This document shows positions 1 through 15,100 of a stretch of 60,000 nt of DNA, in pieces. Position numbers and translations under genes: made by a program. Each line of letters opens with the position of its first letter. Position 1 is the stretch's first letter. This DNA comes from Lytechinus pictus (Eukaryota): positions 2,172,001 through 2,232,000 of the forward strand of contig NC_087252.1 in assembly GCF_037042905.1 (NCBI RefSeq), given 5' to 3'. The notes under the pieces are model-generated. The model had not been told where the DNA came from. It did no database searches and was given only the letters and a program-made list of their open reading frames with translations.

Positions 1-118
1 CCCTTTACCATGTGTTTTCCACGTGTTTCGTTTTGTTCGATACATTTTATGTGATCAAAAACATTCTTTGGGCTACAAAACAAATGTATAAATTCGTTTA
101 TATTTCTTTACAAATCAG

Positions 119-3100
119 ACCAAGTACGTCAGGTCAATGATTCTACCAAAGTACCTGAGGGAATATTCGAACAAATCCTGCTTGACTTAAAAGGCAAAAA
201 AGCAATTAAAAAATTCCTTAAAAACTTGGTTCAACACGAAAACAAAGATATAGAAACTGAGACAATCAATGACACCCATGACGGTGAAGAGGAAAAGGAA
301 GAGTCTGCAAGTAAAGGGGATAACATGGACATGGACAAGTCAGCTCCCGTCAAAGAAATCAGAAATGATTGTAAAGGGAACAAGGAAAACTCAGCTCCCG
401 CCAATGTCATTCAGACAACTGAAGGTACAGCCTACATGGAAGCCATGCGAAATTTGAAGGAATGGAATAAAGGCCCTTTCAAACACAATCCGTTTGTTCT
501 AGTTAGTCTAGCCCTCGAAAAAGCAGGGTATCACCATATCTCAAAGACCTTCTTTGACGGTGAGTCTCTTTCTATTTGACATGTAAGTTACAACTAAAAT
601 GGTTCGCTGATAAGGTTCATCCGATTGGTGGGATGACTTAAAATAATCACCATATCTCAATGACCTTCTTTGATGGTGAGTCTCTTTCTATTTGACATAT
701 CTGTTACAACTAAAACGGTTGATCTGATTGGTGTGATGACTTGAGAATATGGTTTTCACAATCATGGAATTTTACTTCAATAAGTTCATTAGTTTTCGTT
801 TGCAATCATTAAAAATTACCTCCAAAAGATAATGTTGTATGATTTTGGAAAAATAACTATGTTCTTAAAAAAAAAACATACACTGTAATCCAGGTTTTAC
901 TTCAACAACAGCGTCTTCGTGATCTTAGTAGTTTCAGGACTGCACTAACTAGTGCCTGCTTGTTTATTCCGGATAAATAACATGAGTGGTTTATGGTATA
1001 TGGTGATTTTACGGGTGCAACATTTAATATAGTTGGTTGTATTGACTTGAAGGTTCAACAGAATAGCACGTTGTGATGATTGACAAGTCCGAATGCAACC
1101 TGTAATGGTCGGAAGAAAGCTACATTATACTACCATTTTATCAAGAATCTATGGTCCTATAGCGATGAATAAACAAGGAAAGATATTTTGAATTAGGTAT
1201 TTGTCATTATTCCACGGCCAGTTTTGCACGTTAGACTTGCGTATATTTGGTTTTTGCTATGTTGCCCTTTAACATGTTGAATATGAACAAACTTTAGAAA
1301 GGCATATAGGATTTACCATGGTCTAACACATTCCCCTGCAGGTACTGTATCATTTTATGAGCTTAGATCATTAATGTACAACGTAAATACACCTAGCCTA
1401 GAAAAGTTAAGAAAAGCAATCCGCGAGCTAGAAATCGATGCGACGAGTGCAGGTAAATTCAATCCACAACAAATCTACGACTCGCTGTGTCAGTGGAAAG
1501 AGGGACACCCCCAGGTAGATCAAGGAAATATATTACATGATGAACTTTTAAGAGCCGGGCATGAGGAAGCATGGTTGGAAATCCTACTTTCATGTACCAG
1601 TATTTGTTTTTGCTAATATAATTGAACATTATCCTAGGACATTATATTAACACGAAAATCCCATGTACCTGAATATGTATTTCAACTTGTATAAGACACC
1701 TGATTGGTCTGCTGCCCTTTTCATGTAATAACTCGACAGTCATCAAAATGTTGACCAAATTACTTCATCATCGGTGAAGGTTGCAATACAAAAATCCCTC
1801 TCTCTACCCCAATAAAAAAACATATATATACTAGATTCAGAAACGGGAAGAAAACAAGACAGGCAAAAAGAATGTAAATTCAACAAGTTCTATCGTATGT
1901 TCGAGGTGCAATTTTAACGAATGAAACCTTTTAATACGCCATTATGACTGTTACAACAGCCCGTAGGCAGTAGACCTTCAATTAAAACAAGTTTATTACT
2001 TTATACAATATGACAATCAATATAAGCATATATTGTTGTTATCAAAATAAAGATCTTTTTTCGCCTTAAATAAAATCATAGAACAAATTGTGAACTAACT
2101 ATATGATAAATCTTCCCCATTTAGAGCAAATAAAGGAATTATCAGATGTATGTGAAAGTACGTTCAAGAGGATACTCTGTAATGTCAAAGATCCAGCGAT
2201 GATACAACAGCTCCTGCAAAATCTAGACCCAGACTTAGCTATAGGTATGGATACCTCAGTCAAGACAGATGTTATGCAAAAAACACTGAATGAATGGGAT
2301 GAAAGATCTCATAATGAAAATAGAATGATCTTGTTAAGCCGTGCCTTGGAGAAAGCTAAATGCAAACCAATTGACAGGACTTTTTTCTCCGGTATAAGGT
2401 GGTGGATTTTTTTTTTTTTGTAGTGATCTTTATTATTCATTCAAATAAATTTCATATATACATAATCAAGGAAATATAAAACAAAATGATAATCGCAGCA
2501 GTGCAATACACAAATTAAATAACAGTGTAATAAACATAGCAGACAAATTGTATCAGAACAGAGCCATAATCCGAAATCATGCAAAAATAACATTTCAACA
2601 ACCAATGTATGCAGCTAAAGCAAATAATGATAAAAAAGACGTAACTACGCAAATTGAAAGAATGAATGTATATGAGCAATCTCCCGCCCCATGACCCCCC
2701 CCCCCCCCCCATCAGACCCCGAGCTGAACAAACACACACACCAACAACAACAAACAGGAGAAATAGACAGAGGAAGAAAATAAAAGTTAAAAAAGGAGTT
2801 AATCTTCTTTTACCCATTATCATTTTGTATCGCCTGCATAGCAGATCGAGACTATAGGCGTCGCTTTTCCGACGGCGGCGGCGACGTTACCATTGAAATC
2901 TTTACCTACGGTTAAGTTTGTGAAATATCATCATAACTTAAAAGGCATATGAACCTATTACATTAAACTTAGGCATAAGAGTAAACAAGTATTACTAAAC
3001 ATGCAGTTAAAAAATGAATAACTTAACCTATTTTATAAAATACATTTTTCTTAATAAATGGAATAACGTCCTTATGCCACCTGGAGACAGACAAATGATA

Positions 3101-6100
3101 AATACGAACATGTATTATTTCATCAATTTAAAACATTTGATCTATATTGCATTTTAAGTTGTACATTCGTTGATATTGATAAAAACAGATCTAAAATTGT
3201 TAATCCATGCAAATAATATTTTCATTTTCTCTAAATTAGAAACAATGTCCTATTTTGAACTGTGGTCAATGGTTAATTTCGACGTTGGTACTGGTGTGAT
3301 AACATTACCATTACGTGAGGCTTTAAAGGCGATGGGAATACTAGGTATAGGAGAGACAATTAGTCAGCATGAGTTTTATCATCTTCTTTGTCAATGGAAG
3401 GAAGAACATTCTAGTTGCGACCAACACCTGGTGCTCAAAGTTCATTTGATTGACAAAGGACTTCACGAAGAATGGGAATATCTCAATGGTAAGTTGAAAG
3501 GATTTATTTCAATGTAAACATTTTTTCCGTATTTTAAACACATTTCTTTTAAAATAAATATTTGATTGTAAGAGAGAGAAAGTGAGAGAAATAGAATAGG
3601 AGAACGAGAGGGAGGGGGGGGGGAGCACGAAAGATGATGAATTCTTGGTGTAAATTAATTTTCCCAAACTAGACGTCTTCGGTGCTCTAAAAGACGCCAG
3701 TTCTTAGTGAAATTTGCGAAACGCCTGTGTGTGTATGTGTGCTGTGTGAGAAGGGGGTGGGCGATATCTTGTGTCTACTTGGGCTTAAGATTTATCCGTG
3801 ACATGTCAATTTATTAAAATTTCAGATAAGAAGAACGGAGCCGACCAGATCATTTATAATGAAACATTGGAACATATCTTGTGGCACTTGGAAACTCCAG
3901 GAAAGATCAACAACTTTCTTAATAAGCTGACCAATACCGTCCAAGAATCAATACCTGGCTATTCAAATCCACGAGAGAACATCAGGATTGCGCTAGCTAG
4001 ATTGGAGGTATGGAAGAATTGCCCCATTTCTAAACATCCTGTGATTTTATTGTGCGAAGCGCTTGAGTCAGCAGAGTGCTCGAACCTCGCGATGACCTTC
4101 TTTCAAGGTATGAAAGGACGACGATTCAGTCTTGTCTATTTATTCAACCATAATTATAATGGTTTCAGATATCACATTTGTACAAAAAAATACTAAAAGG
4201 CCTACCGGAGGTGTATTCCAAGAATATTACATACGAAAATATTTTAGAAAGTTAAATGAGCAACTAAATCCTTTTTCTTTCACCATTCCAAAAATTAAGA
4301 TAAAAATAACTGAAAATAATAATTGATCGTTATAACATCAATAACATGGAGAAAAGAAAAAAAAATACATCGTACACTTCACCTATTTAGAGAGTTTTCT
4401 TAAAATACATCTAATAAATTTACAGTTCATTACGCTGAAGGAAGGTAGGGTGGCAAAATATGAATTAACCACTTAAACAAAATTAGGTACACCTTTAGTA
4501 AAAACATAACAAATAGAGCCAATAGAAACCCAACACAAGAATTGGAGTGAGTCAGAGAAAATGTTTTTTTGCCTGTGTATCTTGCAAGCAGTGTATTTGA
4601 TAGATTATACGTCTGTCTTAGAATCACCTTAGAATCTTAGAATTATCAGTAGAAAATATTTTTTTCATAGACATCCTATTAAACATTTGCAAAGTGACCT
4701 TTCCATTTTAGGACAATGTTTGTATGTATAGTGTAGATATTATCATATTCAGTGTCAGGATATGTATTTTAAAAATAAAAATAAATACATAAACAGACGG
4801 ACTTTCACGGGCAAGGCTTTTATTGTAAGATTTTACAGTGACATTTTTTTTTAAATGAGTTTTAATTTTTATTTTTTATCCCCCTTTAGTGCCAGTTCAA
4901 CTCCAAATGACCATTGGAAATGAAGAAGTAAGTGAATTCGTCCGCAGACTTACAGGTAAGCATCGCAAGCGATTGGTGAACGAGACACCGGTGACTGAAG
5001 ACAAGAAAATATCCTACTTTGCTGAGGAAAACAATGAAATGTTGTTTGATGTAAAGTCTATGGTTCAGGACTGGATTGAAAGTGAGCGATGCTGTAATTA
5101 TGAGAAAAGATGTAAACTGGATGATAGTCTGATTAAAGTTGGTCGACATGATATGACAGGTAACGATACGATTAAAAATATTTTGATTGACGTATCATAT
5201 CTCTATTAATTTGAATATCCTATTTTTAAAAATAAAAGTTATAATTTCACTCAACATATTTCCCCGTGATTGCGAGTCGAAATTTACAACATTTTTTTAA
5301 GGAAATTAATTTTTATGTGAGAGTTTAGATGAAACTCTCGAATAAAAAAGTAATGATCTTCCCCATATTTCCATGAAAAGGATATTGTATTGTTGTAGGC
5401 CTGTACTTCAAATTTGTAAACATAATCATCCTGAAATGCACGTTAATAGTTTAGACACTAATAATAATGATAATTGTAATGATAATAAATAATGACCATG
5501 ATGACGACGACAACGATGACGATGATAATAATAATGATAATAACAACAACAATAATAGTAATAATAATGATAGTAATAATTAAAATGATTAAAGAATATA
5601 CATGTATTTATTTAGCGCAGTAACTATCTTTACATATTCTATAGCGCTGAAAGAGTGCAAGAGCTCACTACATGCTATATGTACTATCAAAATAAATAAG
5701 TGTTTTATGAAAGCACATATAACATTAATAGTCCTGATTTCACAAAAAGAGAACGGAATGCAAATTGTTTTTTTTTCTTTCTGAAACTCTTATTGTCGGC
5801 AGATTTTTTCGCCACAATTCGATGTCGGCAAAATACAGAACCCAAACTCTCGGCAAAATTGCATCCAAGGTCAAAGACATTCCGTAAGTATTTAAACCGT
5901 ATCTTTCTATATAACTTATTCATTCAGGAACTATTATTATTTCTAAAAAAGATCATATTTATCAATTATGTTATCGTTATGCAGCGTTCTTTGTTTCTTA
6001 CTTTTATAACCGAAAGGTCTATCCTAAGTAGAACTGAAATGTATAAGTACATATTATTCTTTTTAAATTACACAAACTTCTTACTTCCATTGTAGGACAC

Positions 6101-9100
6101 ATTTGTCGCTTTTATGGCAATTATGCCATATGTCTTAACCCCCGAACTTTACACTTTTGAAATGGCTGCAAAATGAAGACGAAACATGATTCTGTGGAGA
6201 AAGTTTATATGCATGAATAATACAGGTCACCTTTCATATGAAGTCAATTTTGTTCAAAAAGCATTTCGCCTAAGCATAATTATTCCTTTTATAGAGGAAT
6301 TAAAATAAGGTTGGGAAGGACTCGATCACGATTTCAGCATGAACAATATCTTTCGACCTTTTGGTAAAAAGTGGAAATGAAGTCCATGAGCTATCGATAT
6401 ATTTATACCTCTTCTCCCAGAATCGCATGTTTGTTTTTGGCAGTCATTTTAAAGTGTAGAGGGTTTCATTTTACACACCCGTATTTGTGCAACACCTCGT
6501 GAGAACTTTCGATTTTTAATTATGATTATGGAAACCACTATGGATATTATACTACTGCATGATTATAGATCTTGCGACGATCTTCGACGATGATTTAAGC
6601 CGGTTAAGAATGCTAATGACTTGCCTTGACGAAGACATGATGGAAAAGGTCTGCGAGAAAGTAGGTTTACCCCCAGATGCAGTAGGACCGAACACGCATA
6701 GTTCCGACAATGTTGATCTTCGACAATGGAGGGACAATCACTTACAATATACAGTGAAAGAAGTATTTTCAGAAATATATGGATTAATGACGAATAAAAC
6801 GAAAGGTACGGACCGATAGGGTGGGATATAGCAGCTCCATACCAATTTTTGTGATAATTTTCTTTCCAGATGAACTGAACGATTGCGTTTCATCAGTAGC
6901 GGACCGTGACCCGGAGGAGACTAAGCATTGGAAGGGGCACAGCGTTGTTCACAAACAATACAGTGCCCCTCCAATTAACCATTGTCTCCTCCGGGTCACG
7001 GTCCGCCACTGGGCAATTCCATAAAATATGTACGTCCGACCCCCTCTATTTGGGACCTTCGTGAATTGTTTTTGTCTCTGATTTATTGTTCTTTTGACAG
7101 TCTGTGATGTACTCAAAGGACCATGACTTGGTCAGTTTATGAAGTTAAGTAAGAATTGACAAAAATGGGGGTCGGACGTACAAAAAGGTTGATCATTTTA
7201 TGGAACTGCCCCACTGCGTTTCATAATCTGTAGAAAAAAATCCTTAGGCTTCAAGAAACCAAAACGTTTTTTTCAACTTCTAATTATGATTATGTACAAC
7301 CATAATTTCCTATTTCCTATTCCTTTTATTATATAGTTTAAACAATACGTAAAAGGGAAACATGTGCCTCATATCTTTCTTTCGCAAATAAATACCTGAT
7401 CAGAATCACCCTCTTCTAATAAGCTTACAGATTACGAAGTAAAATGAAAATAATGCCAAAATTACTTTACACAACTATTGTAAAAGTTTTATAATTATGT
7501 TTCTTAACAACCTGAATATACATATTAAAGAGATAATAAAAATGTGTTGTTTTTCTCGATGGAAATCCACATTTTCAGTAAATTTTGTAACGGATCAAGA
7601 ACTTGAGTGGCTGGTGACTCAAGCGACAACTGATGATAAGGTGGGGGAATTTACCAGTAAAACAAGAATCCACTGGAAGAGATCAAAAAGGACAGCAAGA
7701 AAACTAAGGGGTAAGCTTATAGCTGTGACATTCTCGTCATGATGTTATCTATCTATTTTTTTAGGTTAAACCCTTGACATTGTGCACACATTTTACACTT
7801 AGATTAAATATGATTCGATTTTGATAACAACTGAGATGAGAAGTATCCGATTAAGAGCTTTTTAATATATATATATTAAAATCGAAGTCCTGTTTCACAT
7901 TGAATGAAATATGTCATAACTAAACTAAATAACTTCTAAATGCATAATTGTGCGTATATTCATTTTTACATCGAAATATCATGATTATCATTACATTAAG
8001 ATATACTCAGCTTATTGTCTGAAGACCAGGATGGAAAGTCTCAACCCCAGTTTGAGCGATCACTCTCACAAGAAGGGACGGGCAAAGAAAAGGCCGGTTC
8101 TCACGAAGAATCGCAGGAAGAAGATATATCCTCGGCGGATCTGGGGCAACAACTGAGGCGATGGAGAAGAAAGCATGTAGACAAATCTTTTCGAAAGTCA
8201 TTGAGATCAGCTTTCAAATCTGTAGGGCTAGAAGGTAAATACAATATGAAATCATATAGAAACATCCTTGACTGAATATTTTTATTTGTTCATAAGGTAA
8301 ACATTTTCTCATTCCCGTGTCATTATCGGACACTGGATTCGACGATAAATGAAATATCCAAAATATTAAGAAAATAGGAAAAAATATTTCGATATACAGT
8401 TACGGGTATTTCAGAGTTTGAATAGATTGAGGAAACGTTTGTTATGTTCAGACCCAATTATTCGTAGTCCGCCCCGAATTATTTTTGGTTGCAGTTAAAC
8501 ACGACACGATATAATTAAATCATATTCTCTTTGACGCACACTCTCCTTGTCATTCATATTATTCATTGGCTTCAGTGACACGAATCCTTAGATTGATACG
8601 ATTGTTACTATATCTTTAAATAAAATCATACAATTAGTAAAAAAAAGTGAAAGTAATTTCAAGTACGATAGTTCAGTTGGGAGTATTACACAAATAATGA
8701 TCATCTATGCATATTTGATTGATCCTAATAGAATGCATCGTAAACAAGACGCCACGGGAAAAGCTGTATGAAGTAGAGATTGTACGAGCAGCCTTTCACA
8801 TATTGATGAGGGACGTTTACCCCGTCATAGAAGCACTGGGATTAAACCAAAAGACGATTTCGAAGTACATGAGACAGTGTCCTGTTCTAGGCAAAGGATC
8901 GATGGATCTTCTGTTTCAGATTTGCAAAGGGACAACCAAATCGGAGAGCTACAATCGTCTTGATTTCTGTGTAAAGCTCACAAATATGGGTTATGTCGAT
9001 GTTGCAAGATCTATATATTTAGGTATGATATCACTGACCCATGGACTGTGCCAGGGTATTATGATGCAATGGGAGGGGGGCCTGTTTTTTCAATCGACTG

Positions 9101-12100
9101 ACATGGATAGTGCTCTGAAATAGTAATTTAAGCAATGAAAATATGCAATCATTTACCTTAGTCTCATATTCCGATTAGGAAAGTGGAAGTGCCATGATGT
9201 AGCGGTTCCGATTCTCACCTTGTAATCAGAAATGTGTGTGTTCGAATCCATCGCGTCCTTCCGTTCTTCGGCAAGGCGTCAATTACGGAAGCTTAAACGT
9301 GCAGCGCGAAGGCGAGTTGTTCAACTCGCCAAGGCGCCTTGTTTCGGCAAAAAAGGCGAGAAGGCGACTTGTACAAACTCGCCAAGGCGCCTTGTTTAAG
9401 ACGAGAAGACGAGAAGGCGACTTGTACAAACTCGCCTAAGCGCCTTGTCTAAGACGAGAAGGCGAGAAGGCGACTTGTACAAACTCGCCAAGACGCCTTG
9501 TTTAAGACGAGAAGACGAGAAGGCGACTTGTACAAACTCGCCTAGGCGCTTTGTCTGATAAGAGAAGGCGAGAAGGTGACTTGTACAAACTCGCCTAGGC
9601 GCTTTGTCTTTGATGAAAAGGCGTCTAGGCGACTTGTGCAAACTCGCCAAGGCGCCTTGTTTTAGACGAGAAGGCGAGAAGGCGACTTGTACAAACTCGC
9701 CTAGGCGCTTTGTCTTTGATGAGAAGGCGTCTATAGGCGACTTGTACAAACTCGCCAAGACGCCTTGTCTTAGACGAGAAGGTAATAAGGCGACTTGTAC
9801 AAACTCGCCTAGGCGCTTTGTCTTTGATGAGAAGGCGTCTAGGCGACTTGTACAAACTCGCCAAGGCGCCTTGTTTAAGACGAGAAGGCGAGAAGGCGAC
9901 TTGTACAAACTCGCCAAAACGCCTTGTTTAAGACGAGAAGGCGAGAAGGCGATTTGTACAAATTCGCCAAGGCGCCTTGTTTAGGACGAGAAGGCGAGAA
10001 GGCGACTTGTACAAACTCGCCAAGGCGCCTTGTTTAAGTCGAGAAACCGACTTGTGAAAGTCGCCAAGGCGCCTTGTTTAAGACGAGATGGCGAGAAGGC
10101 GACCGTGTACAAACTCGCCAAAGCGCCTTGTTTAAGACGAGAAGGCGACTTGTACAAACTCGCCAAGGCGCCTTGTTTAAGGCGAGAAGGCGAGAAAGCG
10201 ACTTGTACAAACTTACCAAGGCGCTTTGTTTAAGAAGAGAAGGCGAGAAGGCGACTTGCGCATATGGCCATGGCCGGCCGAGATCTAGACTTGCGCACGC
10301 GCGCTCGATCTCATCTGTAGGTACTGTACGTACATGGTCTAGAGATATAGGTAGTCTACATGTATATAGATCTAGATCTATAGGCCTACTACAAGTTAAC
10401 GATCATGGCAGACCAAACAGACGAGAACAAGAACAACGGAGACAGTACTAGCAGTGATGAGAACGGCGAGGAGAAGAAGCAGCATAATGTGAAGATTCTC
10501 TTTAGGATGGGACCGGACAGAGCTCGAGAGGTGGAGGCAGTGCGGGGGGCAAATAGAGCCGATTTAATCGAACTTTCACAACAAGTAAGTATACTGTATA
10601 GGCCTAACTAGGTCTAGATCTAGGTAGACTATAACAAGTTAGGCAATCACGTCGAATAGGGGACCGGCAAAAATAACACGAGAAGGGATAGGGTTTTAGC
10701 GTTAGGCCGCCGACTAGATCTAACGTTAGGCCTAGATCTCTAACTTAGGGTGGAGTGTAGGGTATGTTTGCCGGCTGGTCCCCTATTCGACGTGATTACC
10801 ACAAGTTACTTAGGCCATTTTCAGGGTCCCGTTTCATATTTAACCTGTTATCAATAACAAGTTGCAATAACTGTTAGACTATAAGCTACTGGAATCCTTG
10901 CATCTGATTGGCTGAGAGCAAATTTGTCAGAAATATCAGTTGTTACTGATAGTGATATTGTCGATATAAAAGTGATATAGGGCCTAGATCTAACGTTAGA
11001 GGCTAGATCTAGAGAATCTAACTTAGATCTAGACTAGTCTAGAGTACCGAATTGTGACCCCAGGACCAAAATCCAGTTGAAACCAATTGGAGCAAAACCA
11101 ATTGAAACCAGTTGCCAACTAAGTTTCAATTGGATCCAATAGAAACCAATTGAAACCAGTTGAAACCAATTGAAACCAGTTGAAACCAATTGAAACCAAT
11201 TGAAGCCAACTGGTTTCAATAGGGAAATTGGAACAACTGGTTCCAGTTGAACCAATTAGGCAACTGGAACCAGTTGGCAATTGGTTTCAACTGGTTTCAA
11301 TTGGAACCAGTTGGCAATTGGTTTCAACTGGTTTCAATTGAAACCAGTTGCCAACTGGTTTCAATAGGGAAATTGGAACAACTGGTTCCAAAAGCAAATT
11401 ATACGAAATAAAGTGTATCAGCAAGAAAAATCTTTCGGCTTTAACTTGATACCACATACACATATCGTTTGAGAAGATTTGATACCTAAATTATTTTTTC
11501 CCCCGCTTGTACCATTTTTTTTAATACTGCTTCTCTGCTCCTGAGTAGCGTATCCTGCGCTCAATGCCTGGATATATATGAATATATAAGCAAACCTCTC
11601 GAAATCGTCAAGAGATCGAGAAAAAAAGAAAAAATATGTATTGGTAGAAATCGTTCTGCTTGTTTATGTCTAGATATCTTTATTTTCAGCATTTACATCA
11701 AAATTATTTGGGTTTTCTTACGATCTGTAAACTGATATTACGTTCGAACTTTGAGCTAGATACGCGATGATATTCTCTGGTCTCTGTCTATAATGTTATG
11801 ACTTTTCGTACATCGAAAATAGTCGGGAGACTAGATCCTCAGAAATCATCCCCTCAAAGTCAAAGGGGAGTTACTATTCTATAGCTGAACCTTATTTTTA
11901 TTTATTTTTTTGGTGCTTACAATCATGTAAATAGGACTAAAACCAAGCCCATGAAACATCGGATATCACAGTCCGGCCGTGTATAAGTATGAACATTAGC
12001 TCGGGTCACTTGCAACGTTGGTATGTTTGCCCATAAATTGACGCCATCAAGAAATCGCTCGTTTCGCTACCGGCAATCGGTGTGTCCGGAGCCATATGAG

Positions 12101-15100
12101 AGGCCTTTCTAAAAATGCGTTTTAATAAATTCTTATCAATTTATATGAGTAATAATGGATTTCATTGTCTTCTACATGCTTTCCGCTTTAAATTGATATA
12201 TAGATCGCTATTTTTAGTGATTGGCTTTGAATGTGTACTTTAACTTCCATGCCTTCTGGTCACTCTAAAGAGGTTATTACATTATGAGGAGTTATGACCC
12301 CCTTAAAATGCATAAAGCGTCCTATTCCAGATCACTCGTATTGAGAAAATTTCCACTTTCCTATTTTTTCTTGTAACCAGATTATCATGATTATACACCA
12401 CATTTATATATGATGATTATTGCAAAACAGCAATTTACATTGGCTTGCTTTCAAATCACTATAAATTGATGGACAAATTTCAACTCGCTCTCACATGATT
12501 TTATATTAATTAGGAGGTGCGATGTTTGCAGTTAAATATTAAGAAAAGAAAAGAAAACAAATCATTTAACTTTCAAGAAGGGCTTCATATACATGATATA
12601 AATGCTTTAATAAATTATTTTAACATGAATTTTAGCCGTATGCCTATGTTTGCCTGGAGGGGGCGCCATCTTTTGAAAAGTACACAGGGGCGCCAAAATC
12701 AGGTCGGGCCCCCCGGGGTGTGAAATCCTGGATACACCCATGTAATGTTCACCACGATGGTTCTTTTGTTTTGTTTTGTTTTCTTGTTTATATTATTCTA
12801 ATTTTCATAACACATACATGGTTCATGTTCACCGAGATGGTTAAATCTTTTCTTTTCTTTTTTCATATTCCCTTTTTTTTTAATTATCTTCATACAATCT
12901 TTTTATTTTCATTATCACATACATGGTTTATGTTCACCAAGATGGTTCAATTCTCTTTTTTTCTTTTTGCATATTCCTTTTTTTTTAAATCTTCTTCATA
13001 TGATCTTTTTATTTCATTGTCACATACATGGTTTATGTTCACCAGGATGGTTCATCTTTTCTCTCTTTTTTGGGGTGATAATCTATTCGTTTTATACCAG
13101 TTTATTTTCATTGTGACGCATGTCATCTTTTAAATCTTGACATTTGCATACATTTATTTTTCATCTTGGGGGGGGGGGGGTGTTGTAGTACTTTCTTTAC
13201 ATTCATCCCTGGATCTCTTTAAGTGCAAGACATTTTGGCATATATCGAGCAAAATAAGCTATCACTATCGTCATCACCGCAACTATCATCAGTGGCAGCA
13301 GTTTCATCATCATCATCATCATCACCATCATCATCATCACTATCATCATCATCATCATCATCATCACTATCATCATCATCATCATCACCATCATCACTAT
13401 CATCATCATCACTATCATCATCATCATCATCACCATCATCATCATCACTATCATCATCATCATCATCACTATCATCATCATCATCATCATCACCATCACC
13501 ATCATCACTATCATCATCATCATCATCATCACTATCATCATCATCATCACCACCATCACTATCAAATCCACCACCACAATCATCACGATGATCATCACTA
13601 TTCTCGTCATTTTAACTGGAAGTAATACACATGCCCAGTCAGTGTTTCCACTCCTAAGAAATTTATTTCCTGGAATGGGATCCTAAATTTCCCGGAATTT
13701 GAATAAATTTCCTGGAATTAGTCCCCCCCCAAAAAAAAAAAAAAAAATAAATAAATAAAAAATGAATAAAAGACATAATCTTGTTTTTCTCTTGTGAATA
13801 TGTGACATGTACAGTATAATTTTGCTTGAGGTTATTCACGCGAAATTAGGAATGGAATAAATTTAATTCTGCGAGTGAGCGACAGTTTTGAGCAGTGGCA
13901 AGTTCCACTTCGTCGTTAGAATTTACTAGTTTCAGTGAAAACTGATTAAAAACATCTTGCTATATTATTTCTAATATTTCCTGGAATTGTTTCCTGACAA
14001 TTACCTGGAGATTGCCTGGTATTTCGGAATTTGGGTAAATTTCTTGAACTTGGAAACACTGGTTGGGGGCATTTTACGGGCGGGCTGTCTGGGGCCCTGT
14101 AAGGGATGAAATAGTTGTCTTTGGTGTTCTCGTTATCTCTGTAATGTAATAATTCTATTGCAAAGAAAATTAGCCATGACTCTTTTCAGCTACACTCAAC
14201 AGAAAACAAAAGTGGACACTTATTTTACTCGTATTATATCATGTACTAACCAAATAGATAGTCAGTGTCATACATCAAATTAAATAGGATAAGAATAAGG
14301 ATATTTATACATTATGCATGCAAGACTGAACACATAAAGACAAGGTAAATCTAACAAATCAAAAATGGCAAAATTGCACAAACACATAATGGAAAAAACT
14401 CGTTTAATGCAAGACTGAACACATAAAGACAAGGTAAATCTAACAAATCAAAAATGGCAAAATTGCACAAACACATAATGGAAAAACTCGTTTAATGATG
14501 CCACCTTCATAATGAAGGGGTTAGCATTGCTGTTTAAAGTTTTTGTGATTTTCACCACATTCACAGTCTAGTCCATCTTTACCTCCTTATTCCTGAAATT
14601 AACATAAACCTATAGGACTCTTCACAACATCCGATAAGCAATAAGGCCAGGAATAAGCCACAAATTCTTAATTTCCCCGAGAATAGGGGGTCATTTTTTC
14701 CAATCTAACTTGAGTACCCTAATAGAAGATACCCAATTTCAGACAAAAGAAGGCGATTTTGAACTTCGAGACTATGACAAGTACATCCCACTTGAATGCA
14801 CTACAATGGCCCAGCCCCCACCCCCGTTGATTTGAGGAACTAAAAAAAAAAATCTTTTTGATGCGCACATTTTCAAAGGTCGTTGTCCCACACCATTTCC
14901 CACTCGGTCGCCTCGCTCCCTCGCTTTGGTCCCCTGTTTAAAAAATCCTGGCTATGCCAGCTAGTGATCATAATTATTGTTTTATGTTTGCTATTTACAT
15001 TTCCCGGTATCCTACGTCAGGAACACACATTTCCATGAATATGTATTTTGTATTAATTCCTCCCCCAAAAAATCCACCCAAAATGGGATCCAAATCGTTA

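Noticed and set aside
7950..8156. Alternative frame via the CAG acceptor at 8010
   Set aside because: It hits a stop and lacks the death-fold motif. The AAG acceptor at 8000 gives the frame conserved in paralog B.
9188..9260. Possible tRNA gene
   Set aside because: A/B boxes are present but there is no intact cloverleaf, and it continues into SINE body sequence.
9284..10260. Regular repeat array resembling CRISPR, and its ORFs (also 20400-21182)
   Set aside because: There are no unique spacers and no cas genes, and the context is eukaryotic. These are transposon subterminal repeats, and the ORFs are repeat translations.
13137..13625. Poly-His, poly-Ser and poly-Met ORFs
   Set aside because: Translations of a (CAT)n microsatellite.
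13640..14061. Possible hAT MITE (CAGTGTTTCCA...TGGAAACACTG)
   Set aside because: A short TIR is visible but there is no matching TSD, so it was not called.
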